56,059 nt of DNA from the IMG/VR virus record IMGVR_UViG_3300033146_004156, positions 1-56,059 of that record. One strand, given 5' to 3'. The notes beneath the pieces are model-generated. The model searched no databases. It was not told the DNA's origin and was given only the letters and a program-made list of their open reading frames with translations. This document shows, piece after piece, positions 1 to 9,947 of the stretch. How positions within the stretch are numbered: position 1 is the first letter of the stretch; each line of letters starts with the position of its first letter. The position numbers were made by a program, and so were the translations under genes. Source of the stretch: a virus (taxonomy: Duplodnaviria > Caudoviricetes).

Positions 1-329
1 GCAGAAGGTATTATAGACCATTCATTACCACATACACATTTATGAAGTATCTTTATATCACTACCTTTATACCCTTCTAAAGGTATAACTTTTATATCTT
101 TCTCTTCCAGTTTTTCTAAATACCATTTATTTGATTTAACATAAATTCTTAATTGACACCCGCATATACTTCCGCTCAATACGCTATTAGGAGTTATAAA
201 CCAATCACTATCACATATACATTTATGTAAAATCTTTACTTTACTACCTTTATACTCTTCTAAAGGTATAACTTTTATATCTTTCTCTTTTAGTTTTTGC
301 AAATAATCTTTATTAGAAAATCTCTTCAT
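1..329 (-). CDS. Partial (runs off left edge) Zn-ribbon-repeat protein, probably the N-terminus of a Hef-like homing endonuclease
   Basis: Not in the ORF track. ATG at 329 follows an AGGA RBS and gives MKRFSNKDYLQKLKEKDIKVIPLEEYKGSKVKILHKCICDSDW..., with two ~61-aa repeats (183-nt offset) carrying HKCxC..W motifs. Similar to the N-terminal repeats of 25513..27000. Confidence 0.65.
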   Translation of the reverse strand, partial: MKRFSNKDYLQKLKEKDIKVIPLEEYKGSKVKILHKCICDSDWFITPNSVLSGSICGCQLRIYVKSNKWYLEKLEEKDIKVIPLEGYKGSDIKILHKCVCGNEWSIIPS

Positions 330-358
330 ATTTATCCTATACTATTAAAGTAGTATAA

Positions 359-366
359 TATTTATA
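359..366 (-). promoter_or_regulatory. T4-type late promoter TATAAATA, followed by a hairpin (337-358) that overlaps the RBS of the endonuclease gene
   Basis: Minus strand reads TATAAATA-ttatacta-ctttaa-tagtatag-GA-taaat-ATG. Confidence 0.6.
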
Positions 367-416
367 AATTAAAAGATAAATATATCCAGGAAACATATAC
401 TTAATTTCTAAAAGCC

Positions 417-683
417 TCAGCAAAATTCGGGTGCAGCGTCTAAAATGGCTGTTTTATTAATAACATTTTCAGACTTAATAAAAAATGTTTCACCATCTTT
501 AATATCTGTATTCTGTGCATTAATAACTTTTACAACGATTTCAACGATTTCTAACGTAAAACCATCGTCGTATTTTTTAGCTACAACTTTTCCATTTTTA
601 AATACATCTTCTACTGAGAAAATAACTCTATCATTTTCCTCTAGTGGAATACCTAAATTATCTTTTGCGATTTCTTGTGCCAT
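417..683 (-). CDS. Small hypothetical protein (SH3/KOW-like beta protein), paralog of 697..936
   Basis: Likely start MAQEIAKDNLGIP at 683 with a GAAGGA RBS. Shares KD.xGIP..xD.V.F, VIN and ILD..PEF with its neighbour. Confidence 0.7.
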   Translation of the reverse strand: MAQEIAKDNLGIPLEENDRVIFSVEDVFKNGKVVAKKYDDGFTLEIVEIVVKVINAQNTDIKDGETFFIKSENVINKTAILDAAPEFC

Positions 684-696
684 TTTTCTGTCCTTC

Positions 697-936
697 TTAT
701 ACTGAAAATTCTGGAATACTATCAAGTATTCTCGAGCGGTTAATTACGACTGTATTGTATTTCCATTTTTTATATCCTGAAGTATTTTTAACATAGACTT
801 CAAATAAATTGGAATTTTTTCCTCTTAAACGGATTTTTTCAACTTCTCCATCCATTAATTCCCCACCAGCTGGAAAACTAACAGTATCACCAATCTGAAT
901 CGGAATCCCGTAAAAATCTTTTACTAAATTAGCCAT
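697..936 (-). CDS. Small hypothetical early protein, paralog of 417..683
   Basis: ORF with a GAAGGA RBS directly downstream of an early-type promoter; ends ILDSIPEFSV. Confidence 0.75.
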   Translation of the reverse strand: MANLVKDFYGIPIQIGDTVSFPAGGELMDGEVEKIRLRGKNSNLFEVYVKNTSGYKKWKYNTVVINRSRILDSIPEFSV

Positions 937-960
937 TTAATATCCTTCTTTATATACTAT

Positions 961-994
961 ATTATACCATAAAGAATATTAAACGGAGCTTAAA
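961..994 (-). promoter_or_regulatory. Host sigma70-type (early) promoter
   Basis: TTTAA-gctccg-TTTAA-tattcttta-TGG-TATAAT on the minus strand. Confidence 0.75.
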
Positions 995-1015
995 TTATAG
1001 TAACTTAAGAAAGAA

Positions 1016-1258
1016 TTACCAAATTTCAATTTCTTCAGTTTTATCTAAAAACTTCTCAAGGTCTTCATCTTTGATTATATTATTCTTAACACAATCTCTA
1101 TAAAGTAAATCTTTAAAGTCTTGGCTATCTTCCAATAAGTCACCAATTTCTTGGGGGTCTTTATCGTATGTCTCACAGTAATCTAAAATCTTTTCAGATA
1201 AAGATTCACCGTGCATTTCATTAATATCATTTATTAATTCAATTATATTGTTATTCAT
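1016..1258 (-). CDS. gp33: Late-transcription coactivator, gp33-like
   Basis: 80-aa acidic protein with SLSEKILDYCETYDKDPQEIGDLL, resembling the gp33 core; in an operon with gp55. Confidence 0.6.
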   Translation of the reverse strand: MNNNIIELINDINEMHGESLSEKILDYCETYDKDPQEIGDLLEDSQDFKDLLYRDCVKNNIIKDEDLEKFLDKTEEIEIW

Positions 1259-1741
1259 TTATACTCCATAGTATTCGGGCTCAACAAATAATTCAAAGTA
1301 TAGTTGAGTTAGCCCTTTAGTTAATTTTTTTGATTTTGGATAGTCTGGGAATTTCTTCTTGTGACGTTTATCTTTCGATAATTTATATCTTTTCTTAAGA
1401 TAATTGTAAGAACTCTTTTTAAGTTTTTTAGGTTTTGGGATATTAGTCGGGTGTAATACTTCCATGTGCTCTTTCTGTAGATACACGATTAAATTATTAA
1501 GATATGTAATTAAATCTGTAAGTTTATGAACACCTGCTCGCCTAAACCTAGACTTAATAACACCCTCTAAAGAATTACAAGTACTGTGTAATACACCTCT
1601 AATCTCTCCAGAATCATGGTCGTGGTCCAGTGCGGCATCATTTTTATTAATGTGCTGCTCACATAATGGACAAATATTTTCTTGCTCAAGTAAAAGTTCT
1701 TCGCGGAACTCTTTAACTTCTGAGTTTTTCAGTTGTCTCAT
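1259..1741 (-). CDS. gp49: Recombination endonuclease VII (Holliday junction resolvase)
   Basis: CPLC...LDHDHDSGEIRGVLHSTCNSLEG EndoVII signature. Confidence 0.9.
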   Translation of the reverse strand: MRQLKNSEVKEFREELLLEQENICPLCEQHINKNDAALDHDHDSGEIRGVLHSTCNSLEGVIKSRFRRAGVHKLTDLITYLNNLIVYLQKEHMEVLHPTNIPKPKKLKKSSYNYLKKRYKLSKDKRHKKKFPDYPKSKKLTKGLTQLYFELFVEPEYYGV

Positions 1742-2787
1742 AGAGTGCTTCCACCTTCTCTAGTAAGACTAATATTAACATTATTTTCTTTTACATAATC
1801 ACTAATGTTATTATATTCATCCATTGAAATTCTATAATCATCTGGATAAGTAACTAAAATATCTTCACAGTCAATAACAATTTTTTGAATCTCTTCAAAT
1901 AATGTATTAGGAATATTAATAATATTAACATATTTATTTATCTCAGATGTATCAGTACCATACGTACTTTTATTAGGTTCACGGTGTTTCATTTTCTGAG
2001 TCTCAATAAAATCTGCTTTAATTTTCTTTAGCTCATCATTTTGTTTATTAATAGTTGCAACATAAGCATTAAAAATAATTGTACTAATATAAGTAAATGC
2101 AGATACAAATTGTCCAGATATTTGCGACTGTTTATAACTATCAAATCTCCAAGTATATTTAAAGATATGTTCAGTAGAGAGTGACTTCATCTCTGGCTTG
2201 TAGCTGTATCCACTAAAATTCGGACGAGTAATAATCTTATTCATGACTACCATCACCATTCCACCGAAAAAATTCTTATCTCTTCTGATAAAGGTAATTG
2301 CACTTAAGTCTCTAATTTTATTTCTAATATCTCTCTTAATTTTTTGTAAACCTGGGCTATTATCTGCATCAAGTTTTTCATACTCAGTTCTTAACTCCAT
2401 AATTTCGTCAATGTGTATACCATTTTGTTTTGGCGGAGCTGTTAAGAATACCATTTTGTTATGTAACTTTTCAAAGTCTTTTTTAATTAATTGAAACTTA
2501 CCATAATTTTTACTTTTTTTATCAGTAACTTTTCTATTTACATGTCTATTTAAACTTATATTTAAACTTAGTGGATTTATGTTTTTCTTTATACAGTTTA
2601 TTAATAGTTTAGAATTGTTAAATAATATTAATTCTGAATTGAGAATAGGTTCACATAAGTAATTAATTTTTTGTGTGCTTTCATATTCTTTAAACTCATC
2701 TGTTGTTTCTTCTTTTTCTTCTATTATTTCTTCTATTATTTCTTCTATTTCTTCAGATCCTTCTACATTTGTAGAGGTGTTTTGCAT
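1738..2787 (-). CDS. gp55: Late-promoter sigma factor gp55, with N- and C-terminal extensions
   Basis: RPNFSGYSYKPEM...KYTWRFD...AFTYISTIIFNAY matches the gp55 core; TATAAATA late promoters occur throughout the window. Confidence 0.85.
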   Translation of the reverse strand: MQNTSTNVEGSEEIEEIIEEIIEEKEETTDEFKEYESTQKINYLCEPILNSELILFNNSKLLINCIKKNINPLSLNISLNRHVNRKVTDKKSKNYGKFQLIKKDFEKLHNKMVFLTAPPKQNGIHIDEIMELRTEYEKLDADNSPGLQKIKRDIRNKIRDLSAITFIRRDKNFFGGMVMVVMNKIITRPNFSGYSYKPEMKSLSTEHIFKYTWRFDSYKQSQISGQFVSAFTYISTIIFNAYVATINKQNDELKKIKADFIETQKMKHREPNKSTYGTDTSEINKYVNIINIPNTLFEEIQKIVIDCEDILVTYPDDYRISMDEYNNISDYVKENNVNISLTREGGSTL

Positions 2788-2805
2788 TAGTTTCCTTTAT
2801 ATACT

Positions 2806-2838
2806 ATTATATACAGTTAGTATTAAACCTAGATTAAA
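2806..2838 (-). promoter_or_regulatory. Early sigma70-type promoter of the gp55-gp49-gp33 operon
   Basis: TTTAA-tctagg-TTTAA-N11-TATAAT. Confidence 0.7.
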
Positions 2839-2851
2839 CGGAGGCTAAAAT

Positions 2852-2859
2852 TATAAATA
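2852..2859 (+). promoter_or_regulatory. Late promoter TATAAATA for gp3
   Basis: Exact T4 late consensus 21 nt upstream of the ATG, with an AGGAG RBS. Confidence 0.75.
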
Positions 2860-2880
2860 AGCTAAGATATAGGAGAAAAT

Positions 2881-3378
2881 ATGGCAATTAATAATAATAG
2901 TTACAGTACAAATACTAATATAAGTTTTGGTTCTGCTGAACTAGATGATTTATGGTTACAAGCACAAAGTTGTTCTGTACCAGGTATTTCAATGAGCCCA
3001 ATAAAAGCTGGTGGCCGTTCAGGAGCACAAACAGCATTTGCTGCAGATACTGTAACTTATACAGATTTAACAATTGATATGCAGATGGATAAAGATTGGA
3101 AAGTGTACGATATTATATATAAGTACTTTTTAGATGGATTAAATGTTGAAAAAGGCACGTTTAGTAATGCAAAGAAATTTGATTTATGGTTAGATATACA
3201 TATAGGTAAAGGTGATGTAATTAAAAAATTCTGGTTTTATAATTGTAGATTAATGGATATTGCAGAAATACCTGTAGATGTTTCAGATGATTCTGACGCA
3301 ATTAATGAAATAAGTCTCACATTCCAATTTGATTATATGGATTATGATAACTCATTTTTTGAAGCTGGAGTAGAATAA
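2881..3378 (+). CDS. gp3: Tail tube terminator / tail completion protein
   Basis: QAQSCSVPGIS...DTVTYTDLTIDMQMDKDWKVY...LTFQFDY, the gp3/gp19-fold pattern. Confidence 0.75.
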   Translation: MAINNNSYSTNTNISFGSAELDDLWLQAQSCSVPGISMSPIKAGGRSGAQTAFAADTVTYTDLTIDMQMDKDWKVYDIIYKYFLDGLNVEKGTFSNAKKFDLWLDIHIGKGDVIKKFWFYNCRLMDIAEIPVDVSDDSDAINEISLTFQFDYMDYDNSFFEAGVE

Positions 3379-3379
3379 A

Positions 3380-3784
3380 TTAAGTCCAACTTCCTCCATC
3401 CATAGAAATATCAATAGATGACCAAGCACCTGAAGAAGTAACTAAATCGTAGATTGTTTTACTATTCCAAGTTGCTTGTAGAGCAGATCTATCAGCAGCT
3501 GAAATATTACTGTTAAATACATATTGTTGTATAAATGATGCAGACCTCGTTACTTCAAGGGGTTTTGATATATTATTATATGGTGTTGTATCATTAATTA
3601 AATAATTCTGTATAGTACCATCTGGTAATGTATCTGAATTAATTCCACCAGAAATCCAAGTCCACATTTCATCTAACTCTAATTTCACTTGATGTGGTGC
3701 TTTGTTTAGTACATCTTGTGAACCAACATACCCATTTTTTACCTCGTAACTATCTACGAAAGCCCCAATTGTAGTTTTACTCAT
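3380..3784 (-). CDS. Hypothetical virion-associated protein
   Basis: 134-aa ORF with an AAGGA RBS, last gene of the baseplate block. Confidence 0.65.
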   Translation of the reverse strand: MSKTTIGAFVDSYEVKNGYVGSQDVLNKAPHQVKLELDEMWTWISGGINSDTLPDGTIQNYLINDTTPYNNISKPLEVTRSASFIQQYVFNSNISAADRSALQATWNSKTIYDLVTSSGAWSSIDISMDGGSWT

Positions 3785-3806
3785 TTCTTTCCTTTTTTAT
3801 TTTATA

Positions 3807-4484
3807 TTAAAATACAATTTGCCACGTAATTCTAAACGTAGTAGTATTTTCTTTAACTTTTGCTGGGAATGTTCTCATAGCAAAAATCTTTCCGTTTTTT
3901 GGACCACTAATATCTAATATTGGAGGAACACTATAACCAGGGTCTTCGTCTTTTTTTGTATAAAGAGCTGCTTCTGTCCAAGCTTTCACACCATTTGGAC
4001 CACCATTGGCACTATGAGCATCAATTGTTATTACATATTCAATTGTACTAACATTAATTATATTAACTTTTATTTGTGCATCACCAGTAGTAGTTGCTCC
4101 ATGCAGGCTGCTGCCTTCATAAACTAAAGTCGCAATACCATCACCAATTCTTGATTGTGGATCAAATACAATAGTGTATGTTTCTGTTTCTTGTTTATCT
4201 TCTGCAAATAATTGTGTTCTTTCATACTCAAAATCTCTCGCCACCAATAGATTGCCATTGGTAACATCATGGCCCGAATCACCTAATACAAATTTATTAA
4301 TATAATCTGTTTGGGGCATAACACCCATTGTAGCATTAGCCACTGATGCTTTTGATCTTTCCATAATCATATTTTGTTTTTCGTAAACATCAATAACTTT
4401 GCCAGAGGCGTCTATTGATTCAATTTTGAAAAATCCTTCAGTTGCTTTTTTAGCAGTTTCAGCGATTTCTTGCTTTATAACCAT
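3807..4484 (-). CDS. Baseplate / tail-fibre attachment protein
   Basis: G.F.I...VID..EKQNMI at the N-terminus and WTEAALY...IFAMRTFPAKVKE...RITWQIVF at the C-terminus, typical of myophage baseplate-periphery proteins; late promoter at 4502-4509. Confidence 0.6.
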   Translation of the reverse strand: MVIKQEIAETAKKATEGFFKIESIDASGKVIDVYEKQNMIMERSKASVANATMGVMPQTDYINKFVLGDSGHDVTNGNLLVARDFEYERTQLFAEDKQETETYTIVFDPQSRIGDGIATLVYEGSSLHGATTTGDAQIKVNIINVSTIEYVITIDAHSANGGPNGVKAWTEAALYTKKDEDPGYSVPPILDISGPKNGKIFAMRTFPAKVKENTTTFRITWQIVF

Positions 4485-4516
4485 TATTTCTCCCTTTACA
4501 ATATTTATAATTTAAA

Positions 4517-6319
4517 CTAATTTATTATAGTAGCAAAAAATTTATTAAAACTTACATTTGTATTGTTATGAGAAACTTTAGTTCTTAATTTATTATCAGA
4601 ATTAACTAAAATTTTATTTCCAAACTGCTTTACTATGGTTGCTGAATTATTTTCATTTATAGTATAATCACTAGATTGTAATGTTAAAGGGGTTAATATA
4701 CCATTACTTTTAAAAGTAATGTTTGTCTCAGTTGTATATACTTTTTCTGGGATTTCATTAATATTATCAATAATATATTTGTAAAATGAAACTGTACCTG
4801 TATCACTATAAGTACCTTGTAATATTTCACCGGTTCCGCCCAACTTAAATGTTCCAGTAACTACAATTTCATTTATTTTATCTACTGCAATTGCATAACA
4901 TCTATAATTGTTTTGGGTTCCAGATACATCTTGCAATAATTGCCAATTATTACCATCATCTTTTGTAATATATACCGCACAACCTGCTTGCTCATCAGTA
5001 CCCATTAACCAAACACTATCACTTAGATAAGTTAATCCGTTTAGTGCATCGACTTCTAAATTATTATCAGTTCTGAATGGTCTTCCTAAATCTTCCCACG
5101 ATTCTCCGTAATCTGTAGTTCTATAAATTCTATCTGCATCATTTTCACTTGGATACCTCCCACCAGAAAAAGCAACAAGTCCAGTTCCACTTTCATTTGT
5201 TGTGCATGTGTAAGAAGCGTAAGAATTAATATCATCTTTAACAACATACCATGAATTTCCACCATCGATACTTCTTAAAATTGTACTATCTTGAACAGTG
5301 CCTATACCTCCACAACCCATATTACAAATTATAGTATTATTCCCCATGAACATCATACTATAAGTTCCAAATCTTGCAGTTGTTAAACCCGGTGTACCAC
5401 CTAAATCTGTAGTATTGTCATATACTTTTGTCCAAGTTAACCCTAAATCTATACTTTTAAATATTTCACCTGAACTATCTGGGTCTGTACCATTTGCCGC
5501 AATTAAAGTATTAGCTATATAAACTGTATTGTCATATCCATAACACAGACCTCTAAGATTTGTAGTATCAACATGTTTAGGATATATAATTTCAGTCCAA
5601 GTTATCCCGTAATCTTCAGTTCTAAATAATTGTCCAGCAGGAGATGTTCCAGCTAAAGCAACACCATCTTTTAAATATACTAACCCAAAAACCGTATTTG
5701 CACCATTACCCAATACGCCTCTATCTATCCAATTTTGCCCATCATCTGATGTAAACATTTTTGCAGAACCTTCAGAACCGCAAATAAATTTTCCATCGTC
5801 ACAAAAAACTATACGTTCTGCTGATGATTCACCTGTTGTTACTAACTGAGATTCAATATCACTAAAAGTTAAACCACTTTCATTTTCATAAGTTACACCG
5901 GTAATATTATTATTTATTACAAAACTTCCATCTTGTAATGCTACCAATATATTATCACCATTAGATATTTTTTCATTTGTTCGTAACTCTCCAACATTTA
6001 TAGATTCTGATATATTAGGGTATGTCCAAGTACCATTAATATTATCTACCCCTGTAATGATATTTTCAGAAGTGAAATCTTCAGATAAAGATCTATACTC
6101 ATTAATATAAGCAGTAGTTGGATATGCTCCCGATGTAACTATAGATGTATCAATTTCATACATACCATCTTCAAATATTACGTTAGTAACAATTATATCA
6201 GTACCATCAACATTTATTATTTCGTCATTCCATATTTCAGTGGTAGTTTTAAAACTATCCACTGCCGATACTTCTATTATATTAACAGTGCTGATTCTAT
6301 TATTTGAAAGTAAACTCAT
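4517..6319 (-). CDS. BNR/Asp-box beta-propeller protein, putative receptor-binding or glycan-processing baseplate appendage
   Basis: Six Asp-box motifs: TSDDGQNW, RTEDYGITW, KSIDLGLTW, RSIDGGNSW, RTTDYGESW, ITKDDGNNW. Confidence 0.75.
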   Translation of the reverse strand: MSLLSNNRISTVNIIEVSAVDSFKTTTEIWNDEIINVDGTDIIVTNVIFEDGMYEIDTSIVTSGAYPTTAYINEYRSLSEDFTSENIITGVDNINGTWTYPNISESINVGELRTNEKISNGDNILVALQDGSFVINNNITGVTYENESGLTFSDIESQLVTTGESSAERIVFCDDGKFICGSEGSAKMFTSDDGQNWIDRGVLGNGANTVFGLVYLKDGVALAGTSPAGQLFRTEDYGITWTEIIYPKHVDTTNLRGLCYGYDNTVYIANTLIAANGTDPDSSGEIFKSIDLGLTWTKVYDNTTDLGGTPGLTTARFGTYSMMFMGNNTIICNMGCGGIGTVQDSTILRSIDGGNSWYVVKDDINSYASYTCTTNESGTGLVAFSGGRYPSENDADRIYRTTDYGESWEDLGRPFRTDNNLEVDALNGLTYLSDSVWLMGTDEQAGCAVYITKDDGNNWQLLQDVSGTQNNYRCYAIAVDKINEIVVTGTFKLGGTGEILQGTYSDTGTVSFYKYIIDNINEIPEKVYTTETNITFKSNGILTPLTLQSSDYTINENNSATIVKQFGNKILVNSDNKLRTKVSHNNTNVSFNKFFATIIN

Positions 6320-6331
6320 ATTTATCCTTTA

Positions 6332-6377
6332 TGTAACGTCATATTTGTAACGTCATATTTGTAACGTCATATTTGTA
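6332..6377. repeat. Tandem repeat of TGTAACGTCATATT, 3 copies plus a partial, spanning the stop codon of 6353..9916
   Basis: Exact 14-nt units at 6332, 6346 and 6360. Confidence 0.95.
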
Positions 6378-9300
6378 TTAGTTGTAAACTCTTCCATACT
6401 AATATAGTTAATATCTTCAGGATTAGCAATATATGCAGTGTTATCTAACCACTCAATTTTTGTACTTAATATATTACCTTTAAATCTAGGACTTGCAGTA
6501 AAAGCAATAATATTATCACCGTTCCATTCACCCATCCATCTTTTAAATCCACTTGAAGTATATTTAATAGCTTTATTAATTTCCACTTCAGTCCAGTTTG
6601 CACTGGCAAAATTTTCAGTTTTAAAGTTTATAGTACCTCTATTACCTACAGCTTTATACCTTGTTGTTATTACTTTATTATCTTGTAATATTTCTTTATA
6701 ATCAACAGTTTCTGTATCTAAAACATTTACGTTTTTGTCAGAAGCAACATAATATATATAAGAGTAATCTTCAGCATTCCCATCAGGTACAACTCTCCAA
6801 GTACCACCATCACTATAACTAGAACCTTGATTGCTTGAACCATTTTTTAAATTAACACCAGTTAAATTAGTAGTAGCTTCATATACTATTGATGTAATAT
6901 CACCAGCAGGTGATGAAGTTAGATAAGTTACTGTTTGGTTTGTATTTATATCGGCTTCTATAATATCTGGATTTATTCTTACTGTATAATCATAATCCGC
7001 AACTGCCCCAATTCTCATCTCTAAAAATGAATCTTGTTTTTCTTCCATTCTACTATCCATTTGGATTTCAAATTCAACTCTTACATATGTAAAAGTTCCA
7101 GGTTCAGGAACCATATCAAAACTTCTATAAACACTAGTTGAAAAACTTCTTTCATATACTTCCCATAACGGATCGTCTATATAGTCCTGCGTATTAAGAT
7201 CATATGACCCTGTTTTTTTAGATTTATATGTTAAGCCTATTTGCCCCCAAGGTGCATTACTACCATTGCCTGGCGGTGGACCAGTAATTTCTACATCATA
7301 ATCCACTAAATCTCCAACAGCTAGTGTAACATTCTGTGTGTCGCCCGTTGTAGCATAATCTGAATTTGGTTTACAAATAGCATAGTTTGATGTAGGTTGT
7401 CCTATAATTTCTTCTATATTCCAATCAGTTTGGGAATACCATTTTAATGGGTCAATAAAATCATCATCATTAAGAGCATCAATAATTGCAATACCATTAT
7501 CCGAATCTATTTTTAAATCATCTTTTATATATGCTGAAGATGGATGTCCCCAAGGTATAATGACACCTTTTGGTATACTTTCTATGCTACCAATAACAAA
7601 ACCGCCTTGATTTGTTATATTTTCCGTTTCTTCTTCTTGTAATGAATCAACATTAACTAGTGATACCGTCCATCTCTCTACATCTAAGAAATTTTCAAGA
7701 TTTAAATCTATACTTCCCATATCTCTAAATGCTTTATATCTAGTTCTTAAAGTACCATCACCACTCTCACTACTTGCAACAGCATAATCAACTGTTTGTT
7801 TTTCATTAATATTTACCACTTGTGAATAACCAGTAGTAACAAATTCAGATTGACCATAGTGCCATTCATTAATAATCATATTACCATACTCTAAAGTTGG
7901 TAAAAATTGTGCATCGCTGGTGCCCACCAATGGACCAATTGTTGGTTCAATATCTTCTTCATCATTATGATCATAATATAAAGAAGTCATTTTTTCGGCA
8001 TTATCACCAAGCCAACCACTAGTATTTTCGCCACCCGCATTAAATATATCATGTGTATATAATAAAGGGTAAGGAATATCGCCATTTTTAAGATAAACCG
8101 TACTATGCTCATGATTTTCATAAACCCTATTAGGGTCATTTGGAATTATTCTAACATTTGATACAGCAAAACTAGCATTTATAGATTTAGTATATATTTC
8201 AATTTTCTCTTTACCTTTTGCTATATAATCTATTGTATATAATATATTTTCTGTTAATTCATATTCAATAGGGTCATATAATGGAGTTGGCCAGCTATTT
8301 CCATCTGGGTCATATTGTTCATTATTATTTATTCTAATAAATACGCTATCACCATCTTGTAAATCAAATACTTCGATTTCTATAACATAAGCGGAGTCTT
8401 TTATCATACTAACTTCTTGAGTTAATCTATTATCTTCATTATTACCAGAATCATATACTCTAGCTTTATTTTCAACTATGTTCCAAATAGAATCTTCGAT
8501 AAGTACACCAGCATTATTGTACTCTCCACCTTTCCAAAAGTTAACACTATCAAATGTACTATTATATACTATATTATTTGACCTATTTAGTGGTACATCA
8601 AAATAATTTATTCTTCTATCTGTATTTCCAGATGGTGGAGCATATGTATAAGATATTAAATATGAGCCATTAGCTAATATATATTTCTCATAATCATAAT
8701 CTCTAAATTCACCAAAATATATTTTTCCACTCTCAAAATTTCTTAAAGATGAACCACTAATTCCACCTCCAGAAATTATAACATTACCAGCATTATCGTA
8801 TTCAATTCTTTTACCATAAATTTCATTTATTGCAGAACTACAATCACCATCTGGACATAAACTTTTTACACCAATATTATCAGCTAAGTATATAAATTCA
8901 AGATTAAAATAGTCTATAAATGCTATTTCTAATATTTTTCTGTATATATAATTAAAACCAACAGGGTGTGCTAGTGGCATTACAAATGATTCAAAAAATT
9001 CAGGTAATAAAGAACCTTCTACTTCATATGAAAATGGTGTACATGCATCAGCATCTAAATTGGCAGCATCAGATATACTAAATGTTGCAATTCTTTTTAC
9101 ACCAATATCATTACAATCGTAATTTGTTGGCCCTGGCGCTGTTGGTATTGGAGATGGAACGTAATGTTCACCTTCAGTATTTGTACCAGGTCTTTCTAAA
9201 GATGGATAACCAGGTCTTGTATCTTCCCAGTCCCCACCAATAACTGGAGCAGTTCCAGCATCATCACCACAAATTATGAAACCTTTTGAAAATCCTAGAC

Positions 9301-9916
9301 AAGTTTCATGTTTTATATCAAAATGATATGCATCTCTTAAAGGACCTTCAATACCTGCAAGCCATGCTAATTTATAAGCATACTCAATTGCAGTTGCAGT
9401 ACCTTTTTTTTCTTTAAATGATTTACCTAAAACATATCTTTCTGCAGTATACATACTATGTTCATCATCAAAAAACTTCAAAGTATTATTAGTAACAGCT
9501 TCAGTATTTAATGAATTATATTTCGCTAGAATACCATCAAGACTATTTTTTAATTTATAATCATTTTTAGCTTTTCTCCAAATATAATAGAAATTATTCA
9601 AATACATATTGGCAAATTGTTCTTGAACATTTATAATACTTGGTATATTTCTATTTTTGCTATATGCATCTAATATATTTACAGATATTGGAGATTCTTC
9701 AGTAAGTAATTTAACAAATGCATCGAGTATTGCTTCATTTTCAGAAACTATACTCTTTGGCGATATTGTTTTTACTATGCCTTCGAATACTTTATCAACA
9801 TTATCGTTTGAACTATCCAAATTAGATGTTGATTGGTCAAATAAACCAGGTTGCGACGATGTTTCATTAGTTAGTCCAGCAGCCGGAGAAACCGGTGTTA
9901 TTGGAGTATTTGCCAT
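6353..9916 (-). CDS. Baseplate wedge protein, gp7-like, with long accessory C-terminal domains
   Basis: KKGTATAIEY and FVMPLAHPVGF motifs (gp7/P2 gpI family); immediately follows gp6. Confidence 0.65.
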   Translation of the reverse strand: MANTPITPVSPAAGLTNETSSQPGLFDQSTSNLDSSNDNVDKVFEGIVKTISPKSIVSENEAILDAFVKLLTEESPISVNILDAYSKNRNIPSIINVQEQFANMYLNNFYYIWRKAKNDYKLKNSLDGILAKYNSLNTEAVTNNTLKFFDDEHSMYTAERYVLGKSFKEKKGTATAIEYAYKLAWLAGIEGPLRDAYHFDIKHETCLGFSKGFIICGDDAGTAPVIGGDWEDTRPGYPSLERPGTNTEGEHYVPSPIPTAPGPTNYDCNDIGVKRIATFSISDAANLDADACTPFSYEVEGSLLPEFFESFVMPLAHPVGFNYIYRKILEIAFIDYFNLEFIYLADNIGVKSLCPDGDCSSAINEIYGKRIEYDNAGNVIISGGGISGSSLRNFESGKIYFGEFRDYDYEKYILANGSYLISYTYAPPSGNTDRRINYFDVPLNRSNNIVYNSTFDSVNFWKGGEYNNAGVLIEDSIWNIVENKARVYDSGNNEDNRLTQEVSMIKDSAYVIEIEVFDLQDGDSVFIRINNNEQYDPDGNSWPTPLYDPIEYELTENILYTIDYIAKGKEKIEIYTKSINASFAVSNVRIIPNDPNRVYENHEHSTVYLKNGDIPYPLLYTHDIFNAGGENTSGWLGDNAEKMTSLYYDHNDEEDIEPTIGPLVGTSDAQFLPTLEYGNMIINEWHYGQSEFVTTGYSQVVNINEKQTVDYAVASSESGDGTLRTRYKAFRDMGSIDLNLENFLDVERWTVSLVNVDSLQEEETENITNQGGFVIGSIESIPKGVIIPWGHPSSAYIKDDLKIDSDNGIAIIDALNDDDFIDPLKWYSQTDWNIEEIIGQPTSNYAICKPNSDYATTGDTQNVTLAVGDLVDYDVEITGPPPGNGSNAPWGQIGLTYKSKKTGSYDLNTQDYIDDPLWEVYERSFSTSVYRSFDMVPEPGTFTYVRVEFEIQMDSRMEEKQDSFLEMRIGAVADYDYTVRINPDIIEADINTNQTVTYLTSSPAGDITSIVYEATTNLTGVNLKNGSSNQGSSYSDGGTWRVVPDGNAEDYSYIYYVASDKNVNVLDTETVDYKEILQDNKVITTRYKAVGNRGTINFKTENFASANWTEVEINKAIKYTSSGFKRWMGEWNGDNIIAFTASPRFKGNILSTKIEWLDNTAYIANPEDINYISMEEFTTNTNMTLQI

Positions 9917-9947
9917 ACATTTCCTTTATCTATTTATTATTTGTAAA

